DNA of 64,000 nt from Bacteroidales bacterium (GTDB lineage: Bacteria > Bacteroidota > Bacteroidia > Bacteroidales > UBA12077). Positions 9,707-18,728 of the stretch are shown one piece after another. Under the pieces are notes generated by a model. It did not search any database, was not told the origin of the DNA, and saw nothing but the letters and a program-made list of their open reading frames with translations. Where the stretch lies: contig JBFXEQ010000004.1 of the NCBI GenBank assembly GCA_050179935.1, forward strand, positions 28,432-92,431. Reading direction: 5' to 3'. Within the stretch, counting starts at the first letter, position 1. Every line of letters starts with the position of its first letter. Both the position numbers and the translations under genes were made by a program.

Positions 9707-11230
9707 ATGAAAATATTTCGATCATCGCAAATTCGCGAAATTGATAGTTATACAATTCAATGCGAACCAATAAAATCAATTGATCTAATGATTCGGGCAG
9801 CCAGCAGTGTTACTCAATGGATAAAAGAAAACATCGATAAACCCAAAACGGCTCACGTATTTGCTGGTCCGGGAAATAATGGCGGTGATGCGCTAGTTGT
9901 TGCAAGACAGTTGTCGCAATATAATTATAATATTGTTGTTTATCCGGTGATGATTTCGGAAAAACTTTCGCCTGATTGCGAAGCAAATTTAAAAATCTTG
10001 CAAGAACTTAAATCTGTTCGCATAATGGAGATAAGGACTAAAGATGATTTTCCGAATATTCAGCCTGATACAATAATCATTGATGGCATTTTCGGAACAG
10101 GCCTTACTCGCAAAACAGAAGGATTGGCAAAAGATATTATAAAACATATAAATAAATTAAAAGCAACAATTATCTCCATTGATATTCCGTCAGGATTATT
10201 TGGCGAAGATAACTCAGCAAATGATCCTGAATCAATTATTTGCGCTGATTACACCTTGACTTTTCAGTCTCCGAAACTATCTTTTTTACTACCAGAAAAC
10301 GATCGGTTTGTTGGTAAATGGATTGTTCTGCCTATTGGGTTGCATCCTGAAGCGATCAAAAATACAACAACTTCATTTTTTTATGTGCAGGATGATTTTA
10401 TAAAAGAAAATCTCAAAATCAGAAAAAAATTCGATCACAAGGGATCTTTTGGGCATGTTGCTTTAATAGCTGGCAGTTATGGCAAAATGGGTGCTGCTTT
10501 GTTGGCTGCAAAGGCAAGCTTACGAGCCGGATGCGGGTTAGTAACCGTTCATATTCCCAAATTGGGATATGAGATTATGCAAACTGCCGTACCCGAAGCA
10601 ATGGTAAGTATTGACGAATCTGAACATATTTTTTCGGAATTACCAAATCCTAAGGATTTTTCATCAATCGGAATTGGACCCGGAATAAGTACCAACCCAA
10701 ATACTGTTAAAGGATTTACATATTTACTTAATTACTACCAAAAACCTTTGGTTATTGATGCTGATGCATTAAACATATTATCAGCACATAAAGATCTTTT
10801 AAAGAAAATTCCTGAAGATAGTATTCTAACACCCCACCCAAAAGAATTTGAACGATTGACCGGGAACTGGAATAATGATTTTGAAAGACTGACTAAACAA
10901 ATCGAATTTGCAAAAAGCAATAAGGTATTCGTAGTTCTTAAAGGTGCACACACGTCTATAGCTTGTCCAAATGGTGATTGTTATTTTAATAGTACCGGAA
11001 ACCCGGGAATGGGCACAGCAGGAAGTGGCGATGTACTAACCGGTATTATTCTTTCGTTATTAGGCCAGGGTTATGAACCAAAAACAGCATCAATAATTGG
11101 TGTATATTTACATGGCTTAGCAGGTGATATCGCTGCTGAAAAAATCGGACAGGAAGCATTAATTGCCTCAGATATAACTGAAAACTTAGGTAATGCTTTT
11201 TTAAAAACTAAGAATAAAAATGTTGGATGA
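9707..11230 (+). CDS. nnr: bifunctional NAD(P)H-hydrate epimerase / ADP-dependent NAD(P)H-hydrate dehydratase
   Basis: 507 aa. The N-terminal YjeF_N part has GPGNNGGDALVVAR. The C-terminal carbohydrate-kinase-like part has GHVALIAGSYGKMGAALLAAKA and GTAGSGDVLTG. Confidence 0.85.
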   Translation: MKIFRSSQIREIDSYTIQCEPIKSIDLMIRAASSVTQWIKENIDKPKTAHVFAGPGNNGGDALVVARQLSQYNYNIVVYPVMISEKLSPDCEANLKILQELKSVRIMEIRTKDDFPNIQPDTIIIDGIFGTGLTRKTEGLAKDIIKHINKLKATIISIDIPSGLFGEDNSANDPESIICADYTLTFQSPKLSFLLPENDRFVGKWIVLPIGLHPEAIKNTTTSFFYVQDDFIKENLKIRKKFDHKGSFGHVALIAGSYGKMGAALLAAKASLRAGCGLVTVHIPKLGYEIMQTAVPEAMVSIDESEHIFSELPNPKDFSSIGIGPGISTNPNTVKGFTYLLNYYQKPLVIDADALNILSAHKDLLKKIPEDSILTPHPKEFERLTGNWNNDFERLTKQIEFAKSNKVFVVLKGAHTSIACPNGDCYFNSTGNPGMGTAGSGDVLTGIILSLLGQGYEPKTASIIGVYLHGLAGDIAAEKIGQEALIASDITENLGNAFLKTKNKNVG

Positions 11231-11239
11231 AAAATACCT

Positions 11240-11313
11240 GTCCCCCTATGAGGGGGACTAAGGGGGTGGAAAGAATGAAATATCCACCCCCTCGATCCCC
11301 CGCCAGCGGGGGA
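11240..11313. other. three consecutive GC-rich stem-loops (G5/C5 stems) in an AT-rich intergenic region
   Basis: Hairpin 1 at 11240-11258: GTCCCCC-TATGA-GGGGGAC. Hairpin 2 at 11262-11291: GGGGGTGGA-12 nt-TCCACCCCC. Hairpin 3 at 11296-11313: TCCCCCGC-CA-GCGGGGGA. Confidence 0.6.
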
Positions 11314-11344
11314 CAATAAAACTACAAACTATAAAAGAAAAAAA

Positions 11345-12487
11345 ATGAAAAAAAGTAAATCCCTTCTCTATTTGTTTTTTTTGGTACTAGTATCGTGCAA
11401 ACCGACCTCAGAAACAACTGTAACACCATTAAAGCAAGTAAATAATCTTCCTGACAAAGGAATTATTTATGCATTGCCAAAAACGACACTCCGCTTTACT
11501 GTTGAAGCAAAGCGAACCGAGATTATCCCTGGGCCTTATGCTGAGTTTTCACTCAAATATTTGGGTATTGAAAACGCACCAACTGATGAAGAAACACAAT
11601 GGCAGATTTCGAATATCGCCATTGATTCATATAACGAAATTGACCCGGAGAACTATTATGTTCTTGAGCCATCGGGAAAATTTAATTTTGATTTTTTAAA
11701 ACTCGTTCAGGCTGCATTGATTTTACCAGTAAACTCTAATACCAGCGAAAATTTAACCAATGATTTTTTCGGTGATACCGATCCCGGAGACGAAATCGTT
11801 TTTACCGACCTGAGTGTAAAACAATATGTTGGAAACGAAGATGTTACTTATTATAAAAGAGTACAGCGCGACTCTGTTTTTGCCCGTGTTCCCGTAGTTA
11901 AAAAACAGTATGTTCAGAAATCGTTCGAAGATAAAGCCGAAGAAGCTTCGAATTTTATTTTTATGATTAGAGCCAAGCGTTTTGAACTGATATCTGGAAT
12001 GGCTGATTTTTATCCCGAAGGGAAATCTCTTGAGGTAGCTATTAAGCGTCTTGATAATCTCGAAGATGAATATATGTCGTTATTTATTGGTAAAAGATTT
12101 ACATCAACCTATAATGCTGTTTTCGAATTTACTCCGACTGAACAGGATTTAACCCAGCCATATATATTATTCAGGTTTAGCGATGATAAAGGTATTTTGC
12201 AACCAAACGACTTGCGAGGAAAACCAATATTAGTTGAGATGGAAAAAACTAATCTTACTAAAAACCTTTCTTATGTTGTGAATGGTTTAAATAAAGCAGG
12301 ATCGAATTATAAGGACAAACTATATTATCGTTTCCCCGATAAAGCAATAATCCGGTTAATTGACGGAAATAAAAAAATCGCTGATAAAAAAGTATCTATT
12401 CAGCAGTTTGGAATAGTTACAACCATTCCGACCAGCTTTTTAATGGATGATGAAACATTTATCGAGTTTTATCCTGGGAAAGACTAA
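11345..12487 (+). CDS. hypothetical lipoprotein (DUF4831-like from memory)
   Basis: 380 aa. Lipoprotein signal MKKSKSLLYLFFLVLVSC. No catalytic motif recognised. Confidence 0.5.
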   Translation: MKKSKSLLYLFFLVLVSCKPTSETTVTPLKQVNNLPDKGIIYALPKTTLRFTVEAKRTEIIPGPYAEFSLKYLGIENAPTDEETQWQISNIAIDSYNEIDPENYYVLEPSGKFNFDFLKLVQAALILPVNSNTSENLTNDFFGDTDPGDEIVFTDLSVKQYVGNEDVTYYKRVQRDSVFARVPVVKKQYVQKSFEDKAEEASNFIFMIRAKRFELISGMADFYPEGKSLEVAIKRLDNLEDEYMSLFIGKRFTSTYNAVFEFTPTEQDLTQPYILFRFSDDKGILQPNDLRGKPILVEMEKTNLTKNLSYVVNGLNKAGSNYKDKLYYRFPDKAIIRLIDGNKKIADKKVSIQQFGIVTTIPTSFLMDDETFIEFYPGKD

Positions 12488-12509
12488 TTCCAGAATTTGT
12501 AATTATTAA

Positions 12510-12537
12510 AAAATCCCTCAGATAAATGAGGGATTTT
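12510..12537. terminator. bidirectional terminator hairpin between convergent genes
   Basis: AAAATCCCTCA-GATAAA-TGAGGGATTTT: perfect 11-bp stem with A/T runs on both sides. Confidence 0.65.
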
Positions 12538-12555
12538 AGTATTTAAATTTATTTT

Positions 12556-13101
12556 TTATTGTGTTTTTACTTTGGAGACAAACTGTTTTGTAAAGTCTTC
12601 AAAACTCTGACTTTTATAAGCATCATCGGCAAAAAACATCAAGATAGGTTCTATTCCTTCGGCAGTCATATACCCAGGAACAGCTGTAAGCAACTGACTC
12701 TCCTCGTTCAGATATACAACTGACGGATAAGACATTCGACCTTGTAACAGAGCAATAGCCAATTGGTGTGGGCTTCTTCCATTCGGTCCTTCGTTAACAA
12801 ATGATCTGCCGCCAAATAAAATAGTATCTTTACTTTCGGCATTAAATTTAACTGCATAATATTCAGTATTTAATATGGTTGCTATGGCAGGATTATTAAA
12901 AGTTGCTGCATCCATTTTTTTACACCAACCACACCAATCGGTATAAACATCGACAAATATTTTTTTCTGTTCCTTTTTATTCAATTCAAGAGCTTCTTCT
13001 AAAGAATACCATTTAACGCCAACCCCTTGCCCGTAACTAAGGGATGTTGTTAAAATCAAGGTAGTTAGAACAATCCATGCTTTTTTTACCATATAAATCA
13101 A
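12556..13101 (-). CDS. secreted thioredoxin-fold protein
   Basis: 181 aa. Signal peptide and the CxxC active site WCGWCKKM. Confidence 0.7.
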   Translation of the reverse strand: MIYMVKKAWIVLTTLILTTSLSYGQGVGVKWYSLEEALELNKKEQKKIFVDVYTDWCGWCKKMDAATFNNPAIATILNTEYYAVKFNAESKDTILFGGRSFVNEGPNGRSPHQLAIALLQGRMSYPSVVYLNEESQLLTAVPGYMTAEGIEPILMFFADDAYKSQSFEDFTKQFVSKVKTQ

Positions 13102-13221
13102 ATTCTAAATTATTTAACTATTTAGATACGTATATTTAACGCAAAAGTAAGATTTTTGTTTTAATTAAAATCTTAATTTAAGTTAAATGTATTTATCATT
13201 TTATCCTTGCTCAATTTTTGC

Positions 13222-13229
13222 TAAATTTG
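13222..13229 (+). promoter_or_regulatory. TAnnTTTG -7 box candidate upstream of pepD
   Basis: TAAATTTG, 85 nt upstream of the pepD ATG. Confidence 0.3.
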
Positions 13230-13313
13230 GCATTCTATAAAAATGATTAAACAATAATCAGAAACAATAGTCTTATAAAATAATTATAATAAAAAAAATC
13301 AGGAGGATATATA

Positions 13314-14771
13314 ATGAGCGAAATACGTAATTTAAACCCAAAAGCAGTTTGGGATATTTTTCAGAATTTGTGTGATATTCCACATCCATCGAAAAATGAA
13401 AAAAAAATAATCGAATATGTAAAATCATTCGGTGAAAAATTAGGTCTTGAAACTATCGTTGATGAAATAGGTAATGTAATTATTAAAAAGCCTGCATCGC
13501 AAGGAATGGAAGACAGAATGACTGTTGTTTTACAAGGTCATCTCGATATGGTTCCTCAAAAAAATAACGATGTAAACCATGATTTTTTAACAGATCCTAT
13601 TAAACCATTTATCGATGGTGAGTGGGTTAGAGCAAAAAGCACAACACTTGGTGCTGATAATGGTATCGGAGTAGCTGCAGCAATGTCTGTATTACAGGAC
13701 AAATCGTTAGTTCATGGTCCAATCGAAGCATTATTTACCATCGACGAAGAAACCGGAATGACTGGTGCCGAAAATCTTAAGCCAGGCTTGTTGAATGGCG
13801 ATATAATGATAAATCTTGATTCGGAAGATGAGGGCGAACTTTATATTGGTTGCGCTGGTGGTGTTGATACGGTTGTAAAATTTTATTACAAATCCGAAAA
13901 AGTACCAGCTGATGTAAAAGCGTTCAGAATTGATGTTAAAGGAATGAAAGGTGGCCATTCTGGAATGGATATTATACTTGGTCGTGGTAATGCAAATAAA
14001 ACACTTAATCGTATTCTTTATACTGTTAACAAAACGTTGTCTATTCGTTTAGCCGATATTCAATCGGGAAGTTTGCGCAATGCTATACCTCGCGAAGGTT
14101 TTGCTGTTGTTGTGGTTCCAACCAGTCAGATTGGTGAATTTAAAAATTTTATTGATGAATTAGTTCCTGTAATAAAAGCAGAATTATCAGTAACTGAACC
14201 TGATCTGGAAATAAGTTATTCAGAAACATCAATGCCCAATTCTGTTATTGATGAAAAAACTCAAAATAACATGATAAAAGGTATTTATGGATGTCCAAAT
14301 GGTGTAATGAGAATGAGCGATGCAATGGTTGGATTAACCGAAACATCGAATAACCTTGCAATTATTAAAAAGGAAGATAAATATATTCAGATCGATTCTT
14401 TACAAAGAAGTTCTGTTGACTCAGCAAAAGAAGATCTGGCAAATATGATTTGCTCAGTGTTTGAATTAGCTGGAGCCGAAGTTGTACATCAGGGAGCTTA
14501 TCCAGGTTGGAAACCAAATATCAACTCGCCAATTCTTAAAACCATGAAAGAGGTTTACAATACTAAGTTTGGTAAAGTTCCTGAGGTAAAAGCTATTCAT
14601 GCTGGTTTAGAGTGCGGAATTATAGGTAAGAATTATCCAAACTTCGATATGATTTCGTGCGGCCCAACTATTCGTCATCCACATTCACCCGACGAAAAAG
14701 TAAAAATAGATACCGTTCAGAAATTCTACGATTTCTTGTTGGAAACATTGAAAAATATTCCGAAGAAATAA
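13314..14771 (+). CDS. pepD: aminoacyl-histidine (Xaa-His) dipeptidase, M20 family
   Basis: 485 aa. Motifs LQGHLDMV, GADNGIGVAA and DEETGMTGA. Preceded by an AGGAGG Shine-Dalgarno site at 13301-13306. Confidence 0.85.
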   Translation: MSEIRNLNPKAVWDIFQNLCDIPHPSKNEKKIIEYVKSFGEKLGLETIVDEIGNVIIKKPASQGMEDRMTVVLQGHLDMVPQKNNDVNHDFLTDPIKPFIDGEWVRAKSTTLGADNGIGVAAAMSVLQDKSLVHGPIEALFTIDEETGMTGAENLKPGLLNGDIMINLDSEDEGELYIGCAGGVDTVVKFYYKSEKVPADVKAFRIDVKGMKGGHSGMDIILGRGNANKTLNRILYTVNKTLSIRLADIQSGSLRNAIPREGFAVVVVPTSQIGEFKNFIDELVPVIKAELSVTEPDLEISYSETSMPNSVIDEKTQNNMIKGIYGCPNGVMRMSDAMVGLTETSNNLAIIKKEDKYIQIDSLQRSSVDSAKEDLANMICSVFELAGAEVVHQGAYPGWKPNINSPILKTMKEVYNTKFGKVPEVKAIHAGLECGIIGKNYPNFDMISCGPTIRHPHSPDEKVKIDTVQKFYDFLLETLKNIPKK

Positions 14772-14820
14772 AAGCTGAATTTTATAAAAGGGCTAAAGCC
14801 CAATTATTTAAATATATAAT

Positions 14821-14844
14821 AACCCCAGCCTAAAGGCTGGGGTT
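14821..14844 (+). terminator. terminator hairpin after pepD
   Basis: AACCCCAGCC-TAAA-GGCTGGGGTT followed by a T-rich tract. A smaller hairpin GGGCTAAAGCCC lies at 14790-14801. Confidence 0.65.
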
Positions 14845-14969
14845 ATTTATTAAAACTAATCTCTAGAAAGCCTGTCACAACAGACAAAATAAACAAACAG
14901 AATTGATTATTGCCATCAGATCTTTACTTAATCCGCTATAATTTGTAACTTTCTAAAATAAACAAAAAC

Positions 14970-15626
14970 ATGGTTATGAACCGAAAGATAATACTATTTC
15001 TTATACTGATATTTCTGATAGGGTGTGGACCATTTATTTATTTTAAATCACCACAACCAGCAAAAAAAAGTAATCTATCCTCATTTCCAAAAGATCTGTT
15101 TGGCAGCTATTTATCGCTTTCCGATAGTTCCATAATTGTAATTGAATCGCAGAAAATAGTTAAAAAGCGATTCGAAAATATGATTATGTCTTTTGATGAA
15201 TATTCAAAAGAAACTGGTGATACGTTATTCAGAGATACTACTTTTCTTTTTACTGACAACTGGTTGATCAACATGAAAACAGTCGGCGATTCAATTGATG
15301 TTAAATCAAGCCGTGTTGAGGAATTCTTTTCTATATCAAATAAAAATATTTTAAGAAAATACAAAGGATACTACTTTCTGAATTATGAGGATACCAATAA
15401 TTTATGGCGGGTCGAAATCCTAAAACTGGAAAATGACACCCTTGAGCTGGGCAATATTCTTACAAAAGAAGATCTGGAAAAAATAAAGAGTTTTACCATT
15501 TTTGAATCATATACTGACACCACAGAACCAGGTAAATCAACTAAATACTATTTAAATCCTTCGAAAAGAGAAGTTAGAAAAATACTGAAAATCAGGACTC
15601 CGGGTGAAAAATTCATAAAACAATAA
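14970..15626 (+). CDS. hypothetical lipoprotein
   Basis: 218 aa. Signal ending LIGC. No recognisable domain. Confidence 0.5.
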   Translation: MVMNRKIILFLILIFLIGCGPFIYFKSPQPAKKSNLSSFPKDLFGSYLSLSDSSIIVIESQKIVKKRFENMIMSFDEYSKETGDTLFRDTTFLFTDNWLINMKTVGDSIDVKSSRVEEFFSISNKNILRKYKGYYFLNYEDTNNLWRVEILKLENDTLELGNILTKEDLEKIKSFTIFESYTDTTEPGKSTKYYLNPSKREVRKILKIRTPGEKFIKQ

Positions 15627-15691
15627 CTTATTTAATCTAAGAAAACTGATGTTAATTTAACTTCAGTTTTTTTGTATAGCTTGGTTTTGGC

Positions 15692-15699
15692 TATATTTG
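15692..15699 (+). promoter_or_regulatory. TAnnTTTG -7 box with upstream TTTG
   Basis: TATATTTG at 15692-15699 and TTTG at 15671-15674. It lies inside the long version of the ORF, so it supports the ATG at 15717 as the true start. Confidence 0.35.
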
Positions 15700-15716
15700 G
15701 TAAATTTTTTTATATC

Positions 15717-16679
15717 ATGGAAGAAAATAACCAGGTTGTAAAATCCGATAAGAAGGATCGTGAAGTAACCCAGTATGATTTTACTGTTTGTCCAAACTGT
15801 GGAGCTACTGAGGTTGGCAAATTTTGCCCTGATTGCGGACAATCGAACAAAGATTTTAACAAACCTGTTAAAGAAATTATCGGTGATCTAGCCGGATCAA
15901 TTAATTTTGATGTAAGATTAATAAATACCATTAAACCATTTTTCCTAAAACCAGGGTTTTTAAGCCAGGAGTATTTTAAAGGCCGCAGACAACGCTATGT
16001 GCCACCCATGAGGCTATACTTATTTTTTAGTGTTATCTTTTTCTTTTTAGCACAAATTGCTGGTACAAAAAAACTGCATAATATAGAAATAGAAAACCTT
16101 GCTAATGATAGTACTAGTCAGCCTTTTTCGATAAATTTTAATGCATCTGTTAATGACTCAGTTTATAATTTTCAAACAACTGATTCATTAACCACTCTTC
16201 TTTCGCAGGAGCTTTCGAAAGACAGTACCGACCTAAAGGAAACAAAAAATATAATTACCAGTGGACAAAACCTATGGAAACATAGAGATGCCATAATGAC
16301 AAAGTTTTTTAAAACCCTATCGTATGTTTTAATTCTGCTCATGCCTTTTTTCGCACTCATACTTACTTTGATTCTATGGAAATCCAGATATCTATATGTT
16401 AAGCACCTTATTTTCTCAATTAATTATCACTCATTTGTTTTTGGATTGTTATCCATAGTAATTGGTTTATCCTTAGTGCTTCCCGAAAAAGTTTCAGGCT
16501 ACTTTATGTATTTATTATGGGGCGTTCCTGTTTACTTAATGATTGGAATTAGCAGGTTTTATAACCGAAAATTGATTGGTGCTTTTTTTAAATCCTGTGG
16601 AGCATTGACTCTATATTTTATTACTATTGCTATAGTTTTTCTGTTTGTTCTTTTGTTTTCGGCCAAGGAGTTTGCATAG
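15717..16679 (+). CDS. DUF3667-like zinc-ribbon membrane protein
   Basis: Zinc ribbon CPNCGATEVGKFCPDCGQ, RRQRYVPPMRLYLF and several C-terminal TM helices. I moved the start from the track's 15672 to the ATG at 15717. Confidence 0.6.
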   Translation: MEENNQVVKSDKKDREVTQYDFTVCPNCGATEVGKFCPDCGQSNKDFNKPVKEIIGDLAGSINFDVRLINTIKPFFLKPGFLSQEYFKGRRQRYVPPMRLYLFFSVIFFFLAQIAGTKKLHNIEIENLANDSTSQPFSINFNASVNDSVYNFQTTDSLTTLLSQELSKDSTDLKETKNIITSGQNLWKHRDAIMTKFFKTLSYVLILLMPFFALILTLILWKSRYLYVKHLIFSINYHSFVFGLLSIVIGLSLVLPEKVSGYFMYLLWGVPVYLMIGISRFYNRKLIGAFFKSCGALTLYFITIAIVFLFVLLFSAKEFA

Positions 16680-16768
16680 TTTTCTGGTAAATAGTTGTTT
16701 AATTTCATAACTTGCTTTTTCATTTAAAAAAAGTACGATTGGCCGCTTTTATTCATAATTGTTGTTAA

Positions 16769-16875
16769 TGATTTTCTTCATTTGCCCCGTCCCTAAAGGG
16801 TGTGAAGAAAATCAATTTGCACCCCTGCCTGCCGCAGGCAAGCTTTAGGGGTTTGGGGCAAACAAATTGATTTTC
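16769..16875 (+). other. GC-rich structured intergenic element with mutually exclusive pairings
   Basis: 16803-16814 is the exact reverse complement of 16769-16780. The overlapping 16807-16819 is the exact reverse complement of 16863-16875. GC arms 16781-16798 and 16843-16862 can also pair. There is an inner hairpin TGCCTG-CCG-CAGGCA at 16826-16840. Confidence 0.5.
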
Positions 16876-16932
16876 AATTTATTTACATAATATTTATGAC
16901 ATAAAACGGACATTCAAAAAAAAGTATTGATT

Positions 16933-17904
16933 ATGAAAAAGATAACTATTGTTCTGTTTTTATTTGCCGTAGTTTTTTCATGTTCAGATAATGAAGAAGA
17001 TATTAACTACGACAAAGATTTTAGGCAGGAAATGCGAAACTTCGTGGTGGGTATAAGTGAATATGCCAAAGAAATTAATCCTGATTTTATTATTATTCCA
17101 CAAAATGGACAGGAATTAGTAACTATGGATGGTGAAGAAACAGAAACCCCTTGCCTATTCTATTTATCAGCCATCGATGGTGTTGGTCGCGAAGATCTTT
17201 TTTATGGTTACGATAATGATGATATATCTACTCCAGCTTCTGAAAAAAATTATATGGTTACTTTTCTTGATGTTTGCGAAAATAATAATGTAGAGGTTTT
17301 AACCACAGACTACTGCTGGACGCATTCGAAAATGGATGATTCTTACACTCAAAACAATTCAAAAAATTACATCAGTTTTGCTGCACCCGAACGCGAACTT
17401 AACATTATCCCTGATTATCCGGAAGTTGTTTATAACGAAAACAACAATAATATATATTTTCTGGCAGACGCAAAAAACTTCCTTTATTTAATCAATCCTG
17501 AAAATTTTACCACCAAACAGAATTTTATAAATGCCATTACAGCAACAAATTACGATGTTCTTATAATGGATTGTTTTTTTAACAATGACCTTTTCACAGC
17601 CGATGAAGTAACTCAATTAAAAGCAAAACAAAATGGCGCACAGCGATTAGTAATTTCTTATATGAGCATTGGCGAAGCCGAAAACTACAGGTATTATTGG
17701 CAAAGCACATGGGAAATTGGTAATCCTTCATGGTTAAAGTCAGAAAACCCTGATTGGGAAGGAAATTACAAAGTTTTGTACTGGGAACAGGAATGGCAGA
17801 CAATTATTTATGGAAATAATGAATCTTATCTGAAAAAGATTCTCGATGCAGGTTTTGATGGTGTTTATCTCGACATTATTGATGCTTTTGAATATTTCGA
17901 ATAG
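16933..17904 (+). CDS. GH114 / TM1410-like putative glycoside hydrolase lipoprotein (endo-alpha-1,4-polygalactosaminidase-like)
   Basis: Lipoprotein signal ending VVFSCSD. ISYMSIGEAENYRYYW and GFDGVYLDIIDAFEYF resemble the GH114/TM1410 family from memory. Start moved to the ATG at 16933. Confidence 0.5.
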   Translation: MKKITIVLFLFAVVFSCSDNEEDINYDKDFRQEMRNFVVGISEYAKEINPDFIIIPQNGQELVTMDGEETETPCLFYLSAIDGVGREDLFYGYDNDDISTPASEKNYMVTFLDVCENNNVEVLTTDYCWTHSKMDDSYTQNNSKNYISFAAPERELNIIPDYPEVVYNENNNNIYFLADAKNFLYLINPENFTTKQNFINAITATNYDVLIMDCFFNNDLFTADEVTQLKAKQNGAQRLVISYMSIGEAENYRYYWQSTWEIGNPSWLKSENPDWEGNYKVLYWEQEWQTIIYGNNESYLKKILDAGFDGVYLDIIDAFEYFE

Positions 17905-17912
17905 TAATAACC

Positions 17913-17937
17913 CTACGAGGGTTTTAAACCCTCGTAG
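17913..17937 (+). terminator. hairpin after the GH114-like gene (no clear U-tract)
   Basis: CTACGAGGGTT-TTA-AACCCTCGTAG: perfect 11-bp stem. Confidence 0.45.
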
Positions 17938-18000
17938 AGTTACTATTAAATCTGGTAAAATAATTAAAGAATAAAATATTTATAACGAAAACACATCCAA

Positions 18001-18192
18001 ATGAAAACAAGAAAACTTATTACCGAGATTTTATTAACTTTTGCAATAACCCTTGTTACTAGTGGAATTGTAACACTGTTATGGAATATTATAATTGAAA
18101 AAGTCGGAACAGAAATTGACTGGAAAACTTCTTTCATAATGGCCATTATTATTGGAATTGTTATTCCTCTATCGCGGACAAAAGAAAATTAG
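18001..18192 (+). CDS. possible small two-TM membrane protein
   Basis: 63 aa with two hydrophobic helices. Supported only by ORF and hydrophobicity. Confidence 0.3.
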   Translation: MKTRKLITEILLTFAITLVTSGIVTLLWNIIIEKVGTEIDWKTSFIMAIIIGIVIPLSRTKEN

Positions 18193-18356
18193 GAAAGATT
18201 TTAAGTAAAATTCATTATTTCCGGCCTTGATCTTTAATTCTGGATTTCCTTTTTAAATGAAATAGCATTTAAAACAAATATGAATGCTCCAAAATTTGTT
18301 ATTTATTTTTTGCTATTTTTAAACCCCCATTAAATTGTTTTATATAGTTCTAATTT

Positions 18357-18728
18357 ATGAAAGATAATTCGAGTATTTTGAAATACATTTTTATACTTCT
18401 TTTGCTGGTTCTAATATTTTTAACTTTTAACTCCACAAGAAGAACAAAAAAAGCCATAAAAATAATTAACCACGTAAATAATGAGCTTCAATCGGTGCAA
18501 GATAGCTTAAAGCAGGCGCAGCAAACAATAGTTATTACATTGCAGAAAATTAAAGCAACCGAAACGGAATTAAAAGTGTTAAAAATGGAACGCGAAATTC
18601 TTGTATTGGAGGAACAGAAAAAATCAGCTAAAAATTGGGAAGAATTTCAAAAATTCAAAAATGAAATAACACGAATTGAAGAATTAAAAGAGAAGTTAAA
18701 AGAAGAAGCTAACACTTACGAATTATGA
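18357..18728 (+). CDS. N-terminally anchored coiled-coil protein
   Basis: 123 aa. One TM helix (ILKYIFILLLLVLIFLTF) followed by a heptad-like Lys/Glu-rich region. Its stop overlaps the next start (ATGA at 18725). Confidence 0.5.
   Translation: MKDNSSILKYIFILLLLVLIFLTFNSTRRTKKAIKIINHVNNELQSVQDSLKQAQQTIVITLQKIKATETELKVLKMEREILVLEEQKKSAKNWEEFQKFKNEITRIEELKEKLKEEANTYEL

Noticed and set aside
11071-11316. 81-aa Gly/Pro-rich minus-strand ORF
   Set aside because: Its N-terminal part is simply the translation of the G5/C5 hairpin cassette. The rest is antisense to the 3' end of nnr.
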